Source: Acidobacteriota bacterium
GTDB taxonomy: Bacteria; Acidobacteriota; Terriglobia; Acidiferrales; 2-02-FULL-67-57
Direction of reading: 5' to 3'
Length of the DNA: 60,680 nt
NCBI GenBank assembly: GCA_022571295.1
Contig: JACZYA010000001.1
Span: 1 to 60,680 of the forward strand
The notes under the pieces were generated by a model. It saw only the letters and a program-made list of their open reading frames with translations. It ran no database searches and was not told the origin of the DNA. The position numbers were made by a program, and so were the translations under genes. This document shows, piece by piece, positions 44,425 to 53,768 of the stretch; positions within the stretch are counted from its first letter, which is position 1, and every line of letters starts with the position of its first letter.

Positions 44425-47142
44425 CTAGTGGCCGGTGTCGCCGTCTCCTTGTTCGGCCAGGGTTTTGCGCAGGGAGATCATGTTGGCGTAGAGGCGGAAG
44501 GCCCCGGGGACGGCGTGGGGCAGCTGCCGGTACCAAGCATAGGCGCTGTAGATGTAAACCCCCTTGCCGTAGGGTGCATAGACCCAGCCACCCTTCTGCG
44601 GTTCCTGGTTCTGGTCGTGGGTTTCCAGCAGCGGGGTGTAGCGCTCGTCCCAGGTCTTGAGGAACTTGGAGCCGCGCTCCTCCACCCAGTCGTCAAAGTC
44701 CGCCAGCGTAATCTTGTTGGGGTGGTTGAAGAGGGGGTTGTCAGGAGCCAGGATGGTGACGGGGGAGTCCTCTTCGCTGACTTCCTCCGGCCGCCGGGTC
44801 TGGGTGTAGGGGTAGGGTCCGTAGTTGTTGTCGTACTCCGGCGTCTGGTACTGGACGATCAAGACGCCGCCGTTCTTGGCGTAGTCGAGCAGGCGGCCAT
44901 TGTAGGTCTTGACGTCGGGCCGCACGGCGTAGGCGCGTACCCCCAGGATGATGGCGTCGTAGCCCGACAGGTCGGCGGTGGCCAGGTCGGCCGGCCCCAG
45001 CATGTCGGGGCGGATGCCCAGCAGCTCCAGCGACTGCGGGATAGTGTCGCCTGAGCCCATCACGTAGCCCAGCCGCAGCCCCTCGGCCACCTGGACGTCC
45101 ACGCCCCGCACGTGGTGGCGCGCAGGGGTGTAGAGGTTGAAGCGGCCCAAGTCGCGCGCGGTGATGGTGATGTAACCCTCGCTGTATTCCCGCCCCTGGT
45201 ATGTGGCCACGGCTTCCAGCGTGTAGGCCTGCTTCTGCAAACCGGCCGGGACCGAGAGCGTGAAATCGTAGGAGGCTTCTTCGTCCTCCTTGGCGAAGGA
45301 GAAGGCGATCGAGGCGGGTGTGCTCTGCCAGCCCGAAGGCAGCCGCAGCCGCACCGTGCCTTCGGCCGCGCCTTTGGCGTTGCTGTGCACCACCACCGAG
45401 ACCTTGTACTGCTGCTGGCCCAGCGGAATGATGCCGTGCTCGCCGCTGAAGCGGACGCTGAGAGCAGGCACCACCGTCAACGGCGGCCGCAAAGCGCCGT
45501 AGGTGGGGTCGCGCCGCAGGATGCGCAGCGGCTCTTTTACTTTGATGGAGGTGCCCGCTACCTCCAGCTTCACCACCCCCCAGGCGGGCGGCGGCGGGAA
45601 GGAACGGGTATGGTGCTGGGGCTGGTCGATTTGGTAGACGGCTTCTTCAATCGAATCGCGGTGCCAGTAAGGACGGGTGGGTTCGGCCTGCTGGCTGAGC
45701 TGGAGGCGGAAGCGGGCAGAGAGTACATCGTTATAGCCCAGCGGGCTCAACTCCACCGTCTCGGCAGTGGCTTGCCAACTCTCCGGAACACGAATCTCGA
45801 CCGCGGTGGGAGTGACCTCAACCGAGCTGCGATTCACCAGCCGCACGCTGGCGGCAAAGTTCTGCCCCGGAATGGCGTGGTTGAAGGTGTCGGGGGTGAC
45901 GAAGGCGGCAAAGGGCCCGGTGGGCAGGTTGTCGGGCTGCACGGTGACTTCCAGATCCAGCGCCAGGGCCTTTGCGAGGGCGTGCTGGAACTGCTTCTCC
46001 TTGCGCTTGAGGAGAAAGAGGACGTGGTCGCGGCCGGCCTCGTCCAGACTGGACTGCTTTACCTCCGCCCTGAGGGAGCGGGTGGCATTCAAGCCTGCGG
46101 CCAGCGAGGGAACCGGCGCTGCCAGCGCGCCGGGGTCAAAAGCTGCCACGGCCGCTTCGACCGAATCGCTGATGGCGGCCAGGCCGTCCTTCAGCCAGGC
46201 AGGGGGATGGCTGCCAGCGGAGGCGGCGATCCCGGCCAGGCTGATGTCGAGCCCGTCAAAGAATGACTTCTCCTGCTCGGGACTGTTCCCGGACTCTGCT
46301 GTGGCCAGCAGCCGGTAGTAAGTTTTGTAGGAACCAGCCGCCGCTGGCCGGCTGCCAGCCCCCTGCGAGCGTTGGTAGCTCAGTCCCTGGCGGGCGATCT
46401 GGTAGTAGGAGCGGCCTAGGATGGGGTCGTACTGGCCGGAGTGCACGACCAGTGTCCAAAGGTCCTTGTCTTCGGGGCGCGATTCCGGACGGATGTTGTT
46501 CATATAGAGCTTCTTGGGCTGCCAGGGACGCAGGCCTTCCGCGATCTGCTCGGGGAAGCGGTTGGGATCGGCGGCGGCTTCGAACACCTGTCGGGCCATC
46601 ATGCCGGCGGTCTGGTGGTTGCCATGCCCGTCGCGGGGACTGCCGCGGAAACGGGAGATGATGACGTCGGGCCGTTCACGGCGCACGACGCGAACAACGT
46701 CCCGCAGGACATTTTCCTCTCCGCCCCACTGGGTGAGAGATTCGTCAAGAGTCTTGGAGTAGCCGTAGTCCACCACGCGGCTGTGGAATTGTTGGACGCC
46801 GTAGTAGCGGTCGGACTGCTGCAGCTCCAGGCTGCGCAGCATACCGAGGGCATCAAAGAAGTAAGGCGCGATCCGGTTGGCGCCGCCTTCGCCACGGTTC
46901 AAGGTGAGGAGCATGGCGCGGACGCCCTGTCCGCGTGCCAGCAGCGTCAGCATGGGGCCATCCTCATCGTCAGGGTGGGCGGTGATGTGGAGAGCGCTGG
47001 CGGTGGTGCGCAGCTTCAGCAGCGCCTGCCACAGGCCGGCGGCTCCCCGGTCTTCGGGCAGGGCAGTGCCCCCGCCGGCCGGCGGAACAAGCACGAGCAA
47101 TGAAACCAAAACCAATGTGCAGAGAAACCTTCTTGAATTCAT
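44425..47142 (-). CDS. Large secreted PIG-L/LmbE-family deacetylase with extended C-terminal domains (ThuA/GATase1-like end)
   Basis: ATG at 47142 (MNSRRFLCTLVLVSLLV...). The PIG-L motif is ITAHPDDEDGPM...NRGEGG. The C-terminus has GYDAIILGVRAY...GGVLIVQYQ. Confidence 0.8.
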   Translation of the reverse strand: MNSRRFLCTLVLVSLLVLVPPAGGGTALPEDRGAAGLWQALLKLRTTASALHITAHPDDEDGPMLTLLARGQGVRAMLLTLNRGEGGANRIAPYFFDALGMLRSLELQQSDRYYGVQQFHSRVVDYGYSKTLDESLTQWGGEENVLRDVVRVVRRERPDVIISRFRGSPRDGHGNHQTAGMMARQVFEAAADPNRFPEQIAEGLRPWQPKKLYMNNIRPESRPEDKDLWTLVVHSGQYDPILGRSYYQIARQGLSYQRSQGAGSRPAAAGSYKTYYRLLATAESGNSPEQEKSFFDGLDISLAGIAASAGSHPPAWLKDGLAAISDSVEAAVAAFDPGALAAPVPSLAAGLNATRSLRAEVKQSSLDEAGRDHVLFLLKRKEKQFQHALAKALALDLEVTVQPDNLPTGPFAAFVTPDTFNHAIPGQNFAASVRLVNRSSVEVTPTAVEIRVPESWQATAETVELSPLGYNDVLSARFRLQLSQQAEPTRPYWHRDSIEEAVYQIDQPQHHTRSFPPPPAWGVVKLEVAGTSIKVKEPLRILRRDPTYGALRPPLTVVPALSVRFSGEHGIIPLGQQQYKVSVVVHSNAKGAAEGTVRLRLPSGWQSTPASIAFSFAKEDEEASYDFTLSVPAGLQKQAYTLEAVATYQGREYSEGYITITARDLGRFNLYTPARHHVRGVDVQVAEGLRLGYVMGSGDTIPQSLELLGIRPDMLGPADLATADLSGYDAIILGVRAYAVRPDVKTYNGRLLDYAKNGGVLIVQYQTPEYDNNYGPYPYTQTRRPEEVSEEDSPVTILAPDNPLFNHPNKITLADFDDWVEERGSKFLKTWDERYTPLLETHDQNQEPQKGGWVYAPYGKGVYIYSAYAWYRQLPHAVPGAFRLYANMISLRKTLAEQGDGDTGH

Positions 47143-47277
47143 ACTGACCTCCTCAATGCGGCGAGGGCAAGATAAAGAACTTGTGGCCAACCCGCCCACC
47201 CTCGATGAGGCAGATCGGCAAGACTCCAATTACCAAAGCGGTTAGGTGTTTGTCAAGGGGTCTGCCTTTTTTCAGCC

Positions 47278-47306
47278 TTGACACACGCGGGCAGAACGCG
47301 TATCTA
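47278..47306 (+). promoter_or_regulatory. Sigma-70-type promoter for the APC permease gene
   Basis: TTGACA (47278-47283), 17-nt spacer, TATCTA (47301-47306). Confidence 0.5.
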
Positions 47307-47341
47307 GGCTCGACTCCCTAGAGACAAACAAGCGAGGGACT

Positions 47342-48739
47342 GTGACGAACCGAGATTCCACCACCGCGCCAACCTCTCCCAACTCGGGTGCAACGCTGAT
47401 TCGCGGGCTGGGCCTGAAAGAGGCGACGGCGGCCAATGTGGTTGAGATGGTCGGCATCGGCCCGTTCATCACCATTCCGTTCTTGCTGACCGCGATGGGT
47501 GGCCCGCAAGCTTTGCTGGGGTGGATGGTGGGCGCGCTCCTGGCGGTGGGCGATGGTCTGGTGTGGGCGGAACTGGGGGCGGCGATGCCGGGTGCCGGCG
47601 GGTCCTACATCTACCTGCGGGAAGCTTACGGAGCCAAGCGGATGGGGCAATTGATGTCGTTCCTGTTCGTGTGGATGATATTGTTCACCGCGCCTTTGTC
47701 GGCGGCCACTGGCGCGGTCGGGTTCGCCGAATATCTTGGCTACTTTGCCCCTTCGTTGTCGCCGCTGGTCACGAAACTGATCGCGGTGGGCGTCGTGCTC
47801 GCCATCACGGCGCTGCTGTACCGGGACATCAAGTCCGTGGGGCGCCTTTCCTTTGTGTTCATGCTGGTGGTGCTCAGCAGCATTCTGTGGGTGATCGTGT
47901 CGGGGCTGTTTCGGATGGATCTCGGGATGGTGTTTGATTTCCCGCCCCAGGCATTTTCGCTTTCCAAAGGGTTCTTTATCGGGTTGGGCGGGGCGAGTTT
48001 GATTGCCATCTATGGGTATGGCGGCTACAACAACGTTTGCTTCCTGGGCGGAGAGGTAAAGAATCCCAGCAAGAACATACCCCGAGCAATAGTTATTTCG
48101 ATTTTGCTGGTGACGGCGCTGTATTTTTTCATGACCACGTCGATTATCGGCGTCGTGCCCTGGCGCGATGCAATGCAATCGCAACATGTCGTTTCCGACT
48201 TCATGGAGATTATCTATGGGCCCTGGGCCGGCCACGTGCTCACCGTGTTCATCCTGGGGGCGGCCTTTGCGTCGGTGTTTGCGCTCCTCCTCGGGTACAG
48301 TCGCATTCCCTACGCGGCGGCGGCGGACGGGCGATTCTTTCGCATCTTTGCCCGCCTGCATCCCACCGGCCGCTTCCCCCATGTCTCGGTGGTGATCCTG
48401 GGGTTGGGTTCGACCTTCTTTTGCTTCTTCAAGCTGGAAGACATCATCCAGACCTTGATGGTCATCCAGATCATCATTCTCTACTTGGCGCAGGTGTGGG
48501 CGGTGACGTTGATTCGCCGCCGGGCCGACATCCACCGACCGTTCCAGATGTGGTTCTACCCGCTTCCCAGTTTTCTGGCGGCGGGTGGTTGGCTCTACAT
48601 CCTGCTGACGCAGGAGTGGAAATTTATTATCATGGGCGCCGTGGTTCTGGCAGTGGGAGTCGGTTTGTACATGCTGCGCGCGCGCCACATCGGGGAATGG
48701 CCGTTCGCTTCCGGGCCGATGGAAAGCACTGCCGACTGA
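47342..48739 (+). CDS. APC-superfamily amino acid permease
   Basis: 465 aa, roughly 12 TM helices. Includes VEMVGIGPFITIPF and GAAMPGAGGSYIYLREAYG. GTG start. Confidence 0.85.
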   Translation: MTNRDSTTAPTSPNSGATLIRGLGLKEATAANVVEMVGIGPFITIPFLLTAMGGPQALLGWMVGALLAVGDGLVWAELGAAMPGAGGSYIYLREAYGAKRMGQLMSFLFVWMILFTAPLSAATGAVGFAEYLGYFAPSLSPLVTKLIAVGVVLAITALLYRDIKSVGRLSFVFMLVVLSSILWVIVSGLFRMDLGMVFDFPPQAFSLSKGFFIGLGGASLIAIYGYGGYNNVCFLGGEVKNPSKNIPRAIVISILLVTALYFFMTTSIIGVVPWRDAMQSQHVVSDFMEIIYGPWAGHVLTVFILGAAFASVFALLLGYSRIPYAAAADGRFFRIFARLHPTGRFPHVSVVILGLGSTFFCFFKLEDIIQTLMVIQIIILYLAQVWAVTLIRRRADIHRPFQMWFYPLPSFLAAGGWLYILLTQEWKFIIMGAVVLAVGVGLYMLRARHIGEWPFASGPMESTAD

Positions 48740-48931
48740 TGGCCCGCCCGAAGCATTCACGGCCAAGGACGCAGGCGGAGGATGTATTGCGTAATCCAGG
48801 ATTTGGAAGATTTCAGGGTGGAACTGTACGAAATCTCATATACATAGCGCCATCGGCCCGCCTTGGGCGCGGGAGAAGATTCACCAACTGACTCCCGGCA
48901 AAGAGGTTCAGCGAGGGCTGCAATTTTAGAC

Positions 48932-48960
48932 TTGACTGGCGACAAAGTTGCTGTTACAAA
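48932..48960 (+). promoter_or_regulatory. Possible promoter for the TonB-dependent receptor gene
   Basis: TTGACT (48932-48937), 17-nt spacer, TACAAA (48955-48960). Confidence 0.3.
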
Positions 48961-49041
48961 CCCGAATATAACCGCTTAGCAAAAGAGGGGGGCGGTCGCA
49001 TTGACAGACAACACAAATCAACTTGCCTTGAGGTGCAAAGC

Positions 49042-52000
49042 ATGAGAGCAGCAGTGTATTGCAGTGTGGTAGTTATATGTCTGACTGGTTTTCTTTTCAC
49101 CCCGGCGCTTGAAGCGCAGACCAACACCGGCGTGATCGTCGGCACGGTGTCGGATCCGACCGGAGCTGTGATTCCGGGCGCCACGGTGACAATCACCCAA
49201 AGCGAGATGCAGATCGCCACTGTGTTGGATACCAACGCGGTGGGCAACTATGTCTCGACGCTTTTGCGTGCTGGCCCCTACGAAATTCGCGTGGAAGCCC
49301 CGGGCTTTCAAACCGCCTTGCGGCGAGGAATTGTGCTGCACGTCAACGATCGTTTGCAGCTAAATTTTACGCTCCAGCCGGGCGCGATCGCCGAAGTGAT
49401 CGAAGTGACAGGTGGAGCCCCGCTGCTCGAAACCCAGACAGGGGACGTGAGTTCGGTGATTGACTCCCGGGCCATCGTGGATCTGCCGCTCGACGGACGC
49501 AGCTACATTGACTTGATGTTGCTCGCCCCCGGCGTCCTGCAGGCGCCAAACCTGGGGAGCAACCCCCGCGAGGGCCGCTTCACCGTGAACGGCAATAGCT
49601 CCCTGCAGAACTATTTCGTACTCAACGGCGTGGACAACAACTCTTTCACCCAGAACGCCCAGGACCGTAGCCCGCAGGTGGGTCGTCCGGCCCCCGATGC
49701 CTTGCGAGAATTCAAAATTCAGACCCGCACCTACACGGCCGAATTCGGTTGGGCGGTGGGGGCGGTGATCAATACGGAAGTCAAGGGAGGCAGCAACGGT
49801 CTCCACGGCCGAGGCTGGTGGTTCCACCGCAACGATAACCTGAACGCCACCAGCTTCTTCCTCAACCGTGCCGGCCAGGAACAGGGGGAACAGCGGCGGA
49901 ACCAGTGGGGGTTCGCAGTGGGAGGCCCGATTGTCCGCGACAAGACCTTCTGGTTCTTCGATTACGAGAATACCGACGCCAGCGAGGGTCAGAGCGTAGG
50001 CGTGGCTCAAGTCCCCTCGGCGCTCTACCGCCAGGGTAATTTCAGCGAGCAGCCTATCCCTTTCAGCGCCGCCGACTTCGCCAATTTCCTGGTCCAGATT
50101 CCGGAAGAGGCACCCTGCTTGAATGTAGACACGACCAACAATTTGCTCCTCGGCCTCAACCTGACCGCGATGCGCCTCGACGGGCGGCCGTGTGGCGACC
50201 CGGTGGGTTTGGCTTTGGTTGAGTTGTACCCTCTGCCCACCGGCCCGGGGCTGTTCGATTTCTCGGCTTCACCCCCCAAACCCACTCGCCAGAACCGTTT
50301 CGACCTCCGCTTCGACCATCAGTTGACCGCCAAGGACAACGTCTATGGCGTGTATGACTTTTTCGATGTGGAGACGATAGTCGAGCAGGGGGCGCTTCCC
50401 AACCCCTTGGCCACTGGGGGATTTACCGGCTTCAGCAACGTTCGCACCCATGTCCTTTCCCTCGCCTGGGTGCACACCTTCAGTCCCACGGTGGTCAACG
50501 ATGCCCGCTTTGGGGCCAACAGAGTGTTCAGCACCACCGACCCGGTGGCGCCGGCGGGAGACGCTTGCCCCGACTTCGGCTTGCTGAACTGCCCCGGCAC
50601 CTTCGCTTTCGGTCTGCCCCCTATTCGGCCCGTCACCGGTTTCGCCGCCCTGGGGACCTTCCCCTGGCGTCCACAGAACTCCCGTTCGCAGGTGTGGCAG
50701 GTCATCGACAACCTGTCTTACATGCGCGGCCAGCACTCCTTCAAGTTTGGATTTGAATGGAAGCGGGCCATCAACAACTTCCTCGATATCCGAGCGCCCA
50801 ACGGAGAAATGGAGATTAGGGATGACTGGACCAACAGCGGCATGGCCAACCTGTTGTTGGGGAACATGCGGCGGGCACGCATCACCAGCCCGCTGGTCCC
50901 CCACAACTATACTGACGGAACGATGTTTTATGCCCAGGATAGTTGGCGGGTGACGCCCACCTTCACCTTTAACTACGGTGTGCGGTATGAGTATTTCACC
51001 CCCATCATTGAACGCGATCGCTTGACCTCGAACTTCGACCCCGACGCCAACGGGGGCCGCGGTGCCCTGGTCACAGCGTTTCCAGGGACGTTGCCCACGT
51101 CCACTAGCTGCGGGTTCCCATGCTTCCTGGCTGGCCCCAGCGGCGACAGCATTTTTGCGCGCACGCTGATCCATCCCGATCGCAACAACATTGCCCCCCG
51201 GTTCAGCGCCGCCTGGCAGATCAAAGACAAAGTCGTCTTGCGGGGCGGCTACGCGATCTTCTACCAGGCAGCCGAACGTGCTGGTAGCGGCGCCATCCTG
51301 CAGCTCAACCCGCCTCAGTTCTTTGAAACCGTTCTGACCGCGAGTAACACCACCCCGCCGCAGTTCTTCCTCCGCGACGGCTTCCCGCTCTCGGCTATTC
51401 CACCCACGGATATCGACCCCACCTCGCTCGGCTTGCGAGCTCAGGCCATGAATCAGAAAACGCCCTGGTCTCAGCAATGGAGCTTCGGCCCTCAGATCGA
51501 GTTGGGCGGCAACATGGCGCTCGAGATCGTTTACGTGGGGCAGGATGGGAACGACTTGCGCAAATGGCGAAACTTCAACCAGGGTGTTATTACCAACCGG
51601 GTGGCCGCAGCGTCACCAACACAACCGGCAACAGCGACGATCACTTTCCCCTTCCCCGATTTTGGCAACTTTGGCAATTTCCAGGCCAACGACGGCAGTT
51701 CCAACTATCACTCTCTACAAGCCACTCTCCGCAAGCGTTTCTCCCGCGGCCTGATGTTCAACTTTGCTTACACCTATGGCAAAGCCATGGGCGACACGGG
51801 CGACAACCTTACGGGGGGAGCTCAGATCGTAGCCCAGGACGCCAACAACCTGTCCGCCGACTATGGCCCCTTGCAGTCCGACCAGACGCAGCGCTTGGTG
51901 GTGAGCTGGGTGTGGGAGTTGCCCTTTGGCCCCGGCCAGACCTACCTGAACAGTGGCCCACTGGCCAAGATTCTGGGTGACTGGCAGATTACCGGCATAA

Positions 52001-52476
52001 CCAGCCATAGCACCGGCGTGCCCCTCACCGTGAGCGCTTCCGACAGAAGTGGTACCGGCGACGGACAGACACGGGCAGATTGCATCGGCTCTGTATCAAT
52101 CGGCTCCAGGAGCGTCGACAGCTATGGACCACTTTTTTCTGGGAGCCCGGCCTTCGCCCAACCCGCCGACTTCACCTTTGGCAACTGTGGTGTTGGCACC
52201 CTGAGAAGCTGGCCGCACCACAATTGGGATATGGGACTGTTCAAGAAGGCCCGGATTGACGAAGACCGCTGGCTTGAGTTCCGGGTGGAGTTCTTCAACC
52301 TCTTCAACACACCCCAATTTGCCAGCCCCAATACTAGTTGCCGGGGCTCGGGCGCTCTCGACGACCCCTCGACCCGGCTTTGTACCACCAACAGCAACTT
52401 TGGGAGGACCGGATCGGTGCTGGACTCCAGCAAGCCCGCGCGAGTGATTCAGCTGGGACTTAAGTTCATCTTCTAG
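49042..52476 (+). CDS. TonB-dependent receptor-like outer-membrane protein with N-terminal carboxypeptidase-regulatory-like domain
   Basis: ATG at 49042 behind GAGGTG, with a signal peptide. GVIVGTVSDPTGAVIPGATVTI is the CarboxypepD_reg region. A plug-like region and a long beta-barrel follow, and the C-terminus is LGLKFIF. Confidence 0.85.
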   Translation: MRAAVYCSVVVICLTGFLFTPALEAQTNTGVIVGTVSDPTGAVIPGATVTITQSEMQIATVLDTNAVGNYVSTLLRAGPYEIRVEAPGFQTALRRGIVLHVNDRLQLNFTLQPGAIAEVIEVTGGAPLLETQTGDVSSVIDSRAIVDLPLDGRSYIDLMLLAPGVLQAPNLGSNPREGRFTVNGNSSLQNYFVLNGVDNNSFTQNAQDRSPQVGRPAPDALREFKIQTRTYTAEFGWAVGAVINTEVKGGSNGLHGRGWWFHRNDNLNATSFFLNRAGQEQGEQRRNQWGFAVGGPIVRDKTFWFFDYENTDASEGQSVGVAQVPSALYRQGNFSEQPIPFSAADFANFLVQIPEEAPCLNVDTTNNLLLGLNLTAMRLDGRPCGDPVGLALVELYPLPTGPGLFDFSASPPKPTRQNRFDLRFDHQLTAKDNVYGVYDFFDVETIVEQGALPNPLATGGFTGFSNVRTHVLSLAWVHTFSPTVVNDARFGANRVFSTTDPVAPAGDACPDFGLLNCPGTFAFGLPPIRPVTGFAALGTFPWRPQNSRSQVWQVIDNLSYMRGQHSFKFGFEWKRAINNFLDIRAPNGEMEIRDDWTNSGMANLLLGNMRRARITSPLVPHNYTDGTMFYAQDSWRVTPTFTFNYGVRYEYFTPIIERDRLTSNFDPDANGGRGALVTAFPGTLPTSTSCGFPCFLAGPSGDSIFARTLIHPDRNNIAPRFSAAWQIKDKVVLRGGYAIFYQAAERAGSGAILQLNPPQFFETVLTASNTTPPQFFLRDGFPLSAIPPTDIDPTSLGLRAQAMNQKTPWSQQWSFGPQIELGGNMALEIVYVGQDGNDLRKWRNFNQGVITNRVAAASPTQPATATITFPFPDFGNFGNFQANDGSSNYHSLQATLRKRFSRGLMFNFAYTYGKAMGDTGDNLTGGAQIVAQDANNLSADYGPLQSDQTQRLVVSWVWELPFGPGQTYLNSGPLAKILGDWQITGITSHSTGVPLTVSASDRSGTGDGQTRADCIGSVSIGSRSVDSYGPLFSGSPAFAQPADFTFGNCGVGTLRSWPHHNWDMGLFKKARIDEDRWLEFRVEFFNLFNTPQFASPNTSCRGSGALDDPSTRLCTTNSNFGRTGSVLDSSKPARVIQLGLKFIF

Positions 52477-52495
52477 CTGGGTTGAATGTCTAAAA

Positions 52496-52541
52496 GGCCA
52501 GCTACCGGTTCCAAGCCGGTAGCTGGCCTTTTTGTTTCAGC
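52496..52541 (+). terminator. Rho-independent terminator
   Basis: AAAAGGCCAGCTACCGG-TTCCAAG-CCGGTAGCTGGCCTTTTTGTTT: a 13-bp GC-rich stem extended by A/T pairs, then a T-run. It begins 20 nt after the stop. Confidence 0.9.
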
Positions 52542-52728
52542 CGACGCGGCACGGCGCTTTTCTCCTGCTTGTCGCAGAATCCGCAGCGCCCTGTTAGGGA
52601 GGGCGATGCTCTATACTTGTTCGAGGTAAAGCTCGGCGTCGCTTGCCGGGAAAAGTCGCGCCGAGGCGGCGGTGCCTGCCACCTCTGCCGAAGAGTTACC
52701 CGCGGACTTTAAGTGTGAGGTTCACTGT

Positions 52729-53760
52729 ATGTCGTTGATGGTGCAAGAGATACATGAGCAGCCGGCGGCGCTTGAGCGCACCCTGCGGATGGAGCACCGC
52801 ACCATCGTGCGCATCAAGAAGATCGCGCAGCGAAGAAGTTTTCGGCTGGTCTATCTGATTGCACGCGGCACCTCCGACAACGCGGCTTTGTTTGGGCGGT
52901 ATCTGATTGAGATCACCACCAAGCACCTGACCTCCTTGGCGGCCCCGTCGGTTCATACGCTCTACCGCGCCCGGCTCGACCTGCGGCGCACCCTGGCGGT
53001 GGGAATTTCGCAGTCGGGCGAGAGCGCTGACGTGAACATGGTGTTGGACGCCTGCCGCCAGCAGGGCGCCTTTACGATCGGCATCACCAACCACGGCAGA
53101 TCAACCATGGCGCAGCTTGTGCATGAGGTGCTCCTGATCCACACCGGCACCGAGCGCAGCGTGGCCGCCACCAAGACCTACACCGCGCAGATGCTGCTGC
53201 TCTACGAGTTGGCCTGGGCGTTGGGGGCACGGTTTCGGCGGCGCGAGGTGGAGCGCCTGCCCGCCCTGGCGGCCACGGCGCTGCAGATGGAAGGGCGGGT
53301 GAAAGCCGCCGCGCAGCGCTACCGCACGATGCAGCACTGCATCGTGGTCGGACGGGGACTGAATTATGCCAATTCCTATGAGCTGGCGCTGAAACTCATG
53401 GAAACCTGCTACGTGGTGGCGGAGCGCTTTTCCGCCGCCGACCTTCTGCATGGGCCGATTGCGCTGATTGAGCGGGGCTTCCCCGTTTTTGTTTTCCTGC
53501 CGCCGGGCGTCACGCGCCCCGGCTTGGATAAGCTGGTCAGGCGGCTGAAGCAACTGGGAGCGAAGATCTTACTGTTCAGCAATCAGGGACGCTTGCCGCC
53601 CGCTCGCACCGCCCTGGTGCTCCCCGGACGGATCCCCGAGCTTTGGACCCCCATTCCCTACACCATCCCGGCGCAACTGTTTGCCGCCTACCTGGCTGAG
53701 GCGAAAGGGCTGAACCCCGACGCACCCCGGCACCTCAAGAAGATCACCAGCACCGTTTAG
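52729..53760 (+). CDS. Double SIS-domain sugar-phosphate isomerase/deaminase (GlmS isomerase-half / AgaS / FrlB-like)
   Basis: ATG at 52729 (MSLMVQEIHEQPAAL...). Includes ARGTSDNAA, ISQSGESADV and a second SIS half. There is no glutaminase domain. Confidence 0.8.
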   Translation: MSLMVQEIHEQPAALERTLRMEHRTIVRIKKIAQRRSFRLVYLIARGTSDNAALFGRYLIEITTKHLTSLAAPSVHTLYRARLDLRRTLAVGISQSGESADVNMVLDACRQQGAFTIGITNHGRSTMAQLVHEVLLIHTGTERSVAATKTYTAQMLLLYELAWALGARFRRREVERLPALAATALQMEGRVKAAAQRYRTMQHCIVVGRGLNYANSYELALKLMETCYVVAERFSAADLLHGPIALIERGFPVFVFLPPGVTRPGLDKLVRRLKQLGAKILLFSNQGRLPPARTALVLPGRIPELWTPIPYTIPAQLFAAYLAEAKGLNPDAPRHLKKITSTV

Positions 53761-53768
53761 GCCGAAGA

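Noticed and set aside
47318-48766. 482-aa minus-strand ORF antisense to the APC permease gene
   Set aside because: The translation is rich in Arg, His, Gln and Pro with no recognisable domain. The plus-strand permease has clear TM periodicity and motifs.
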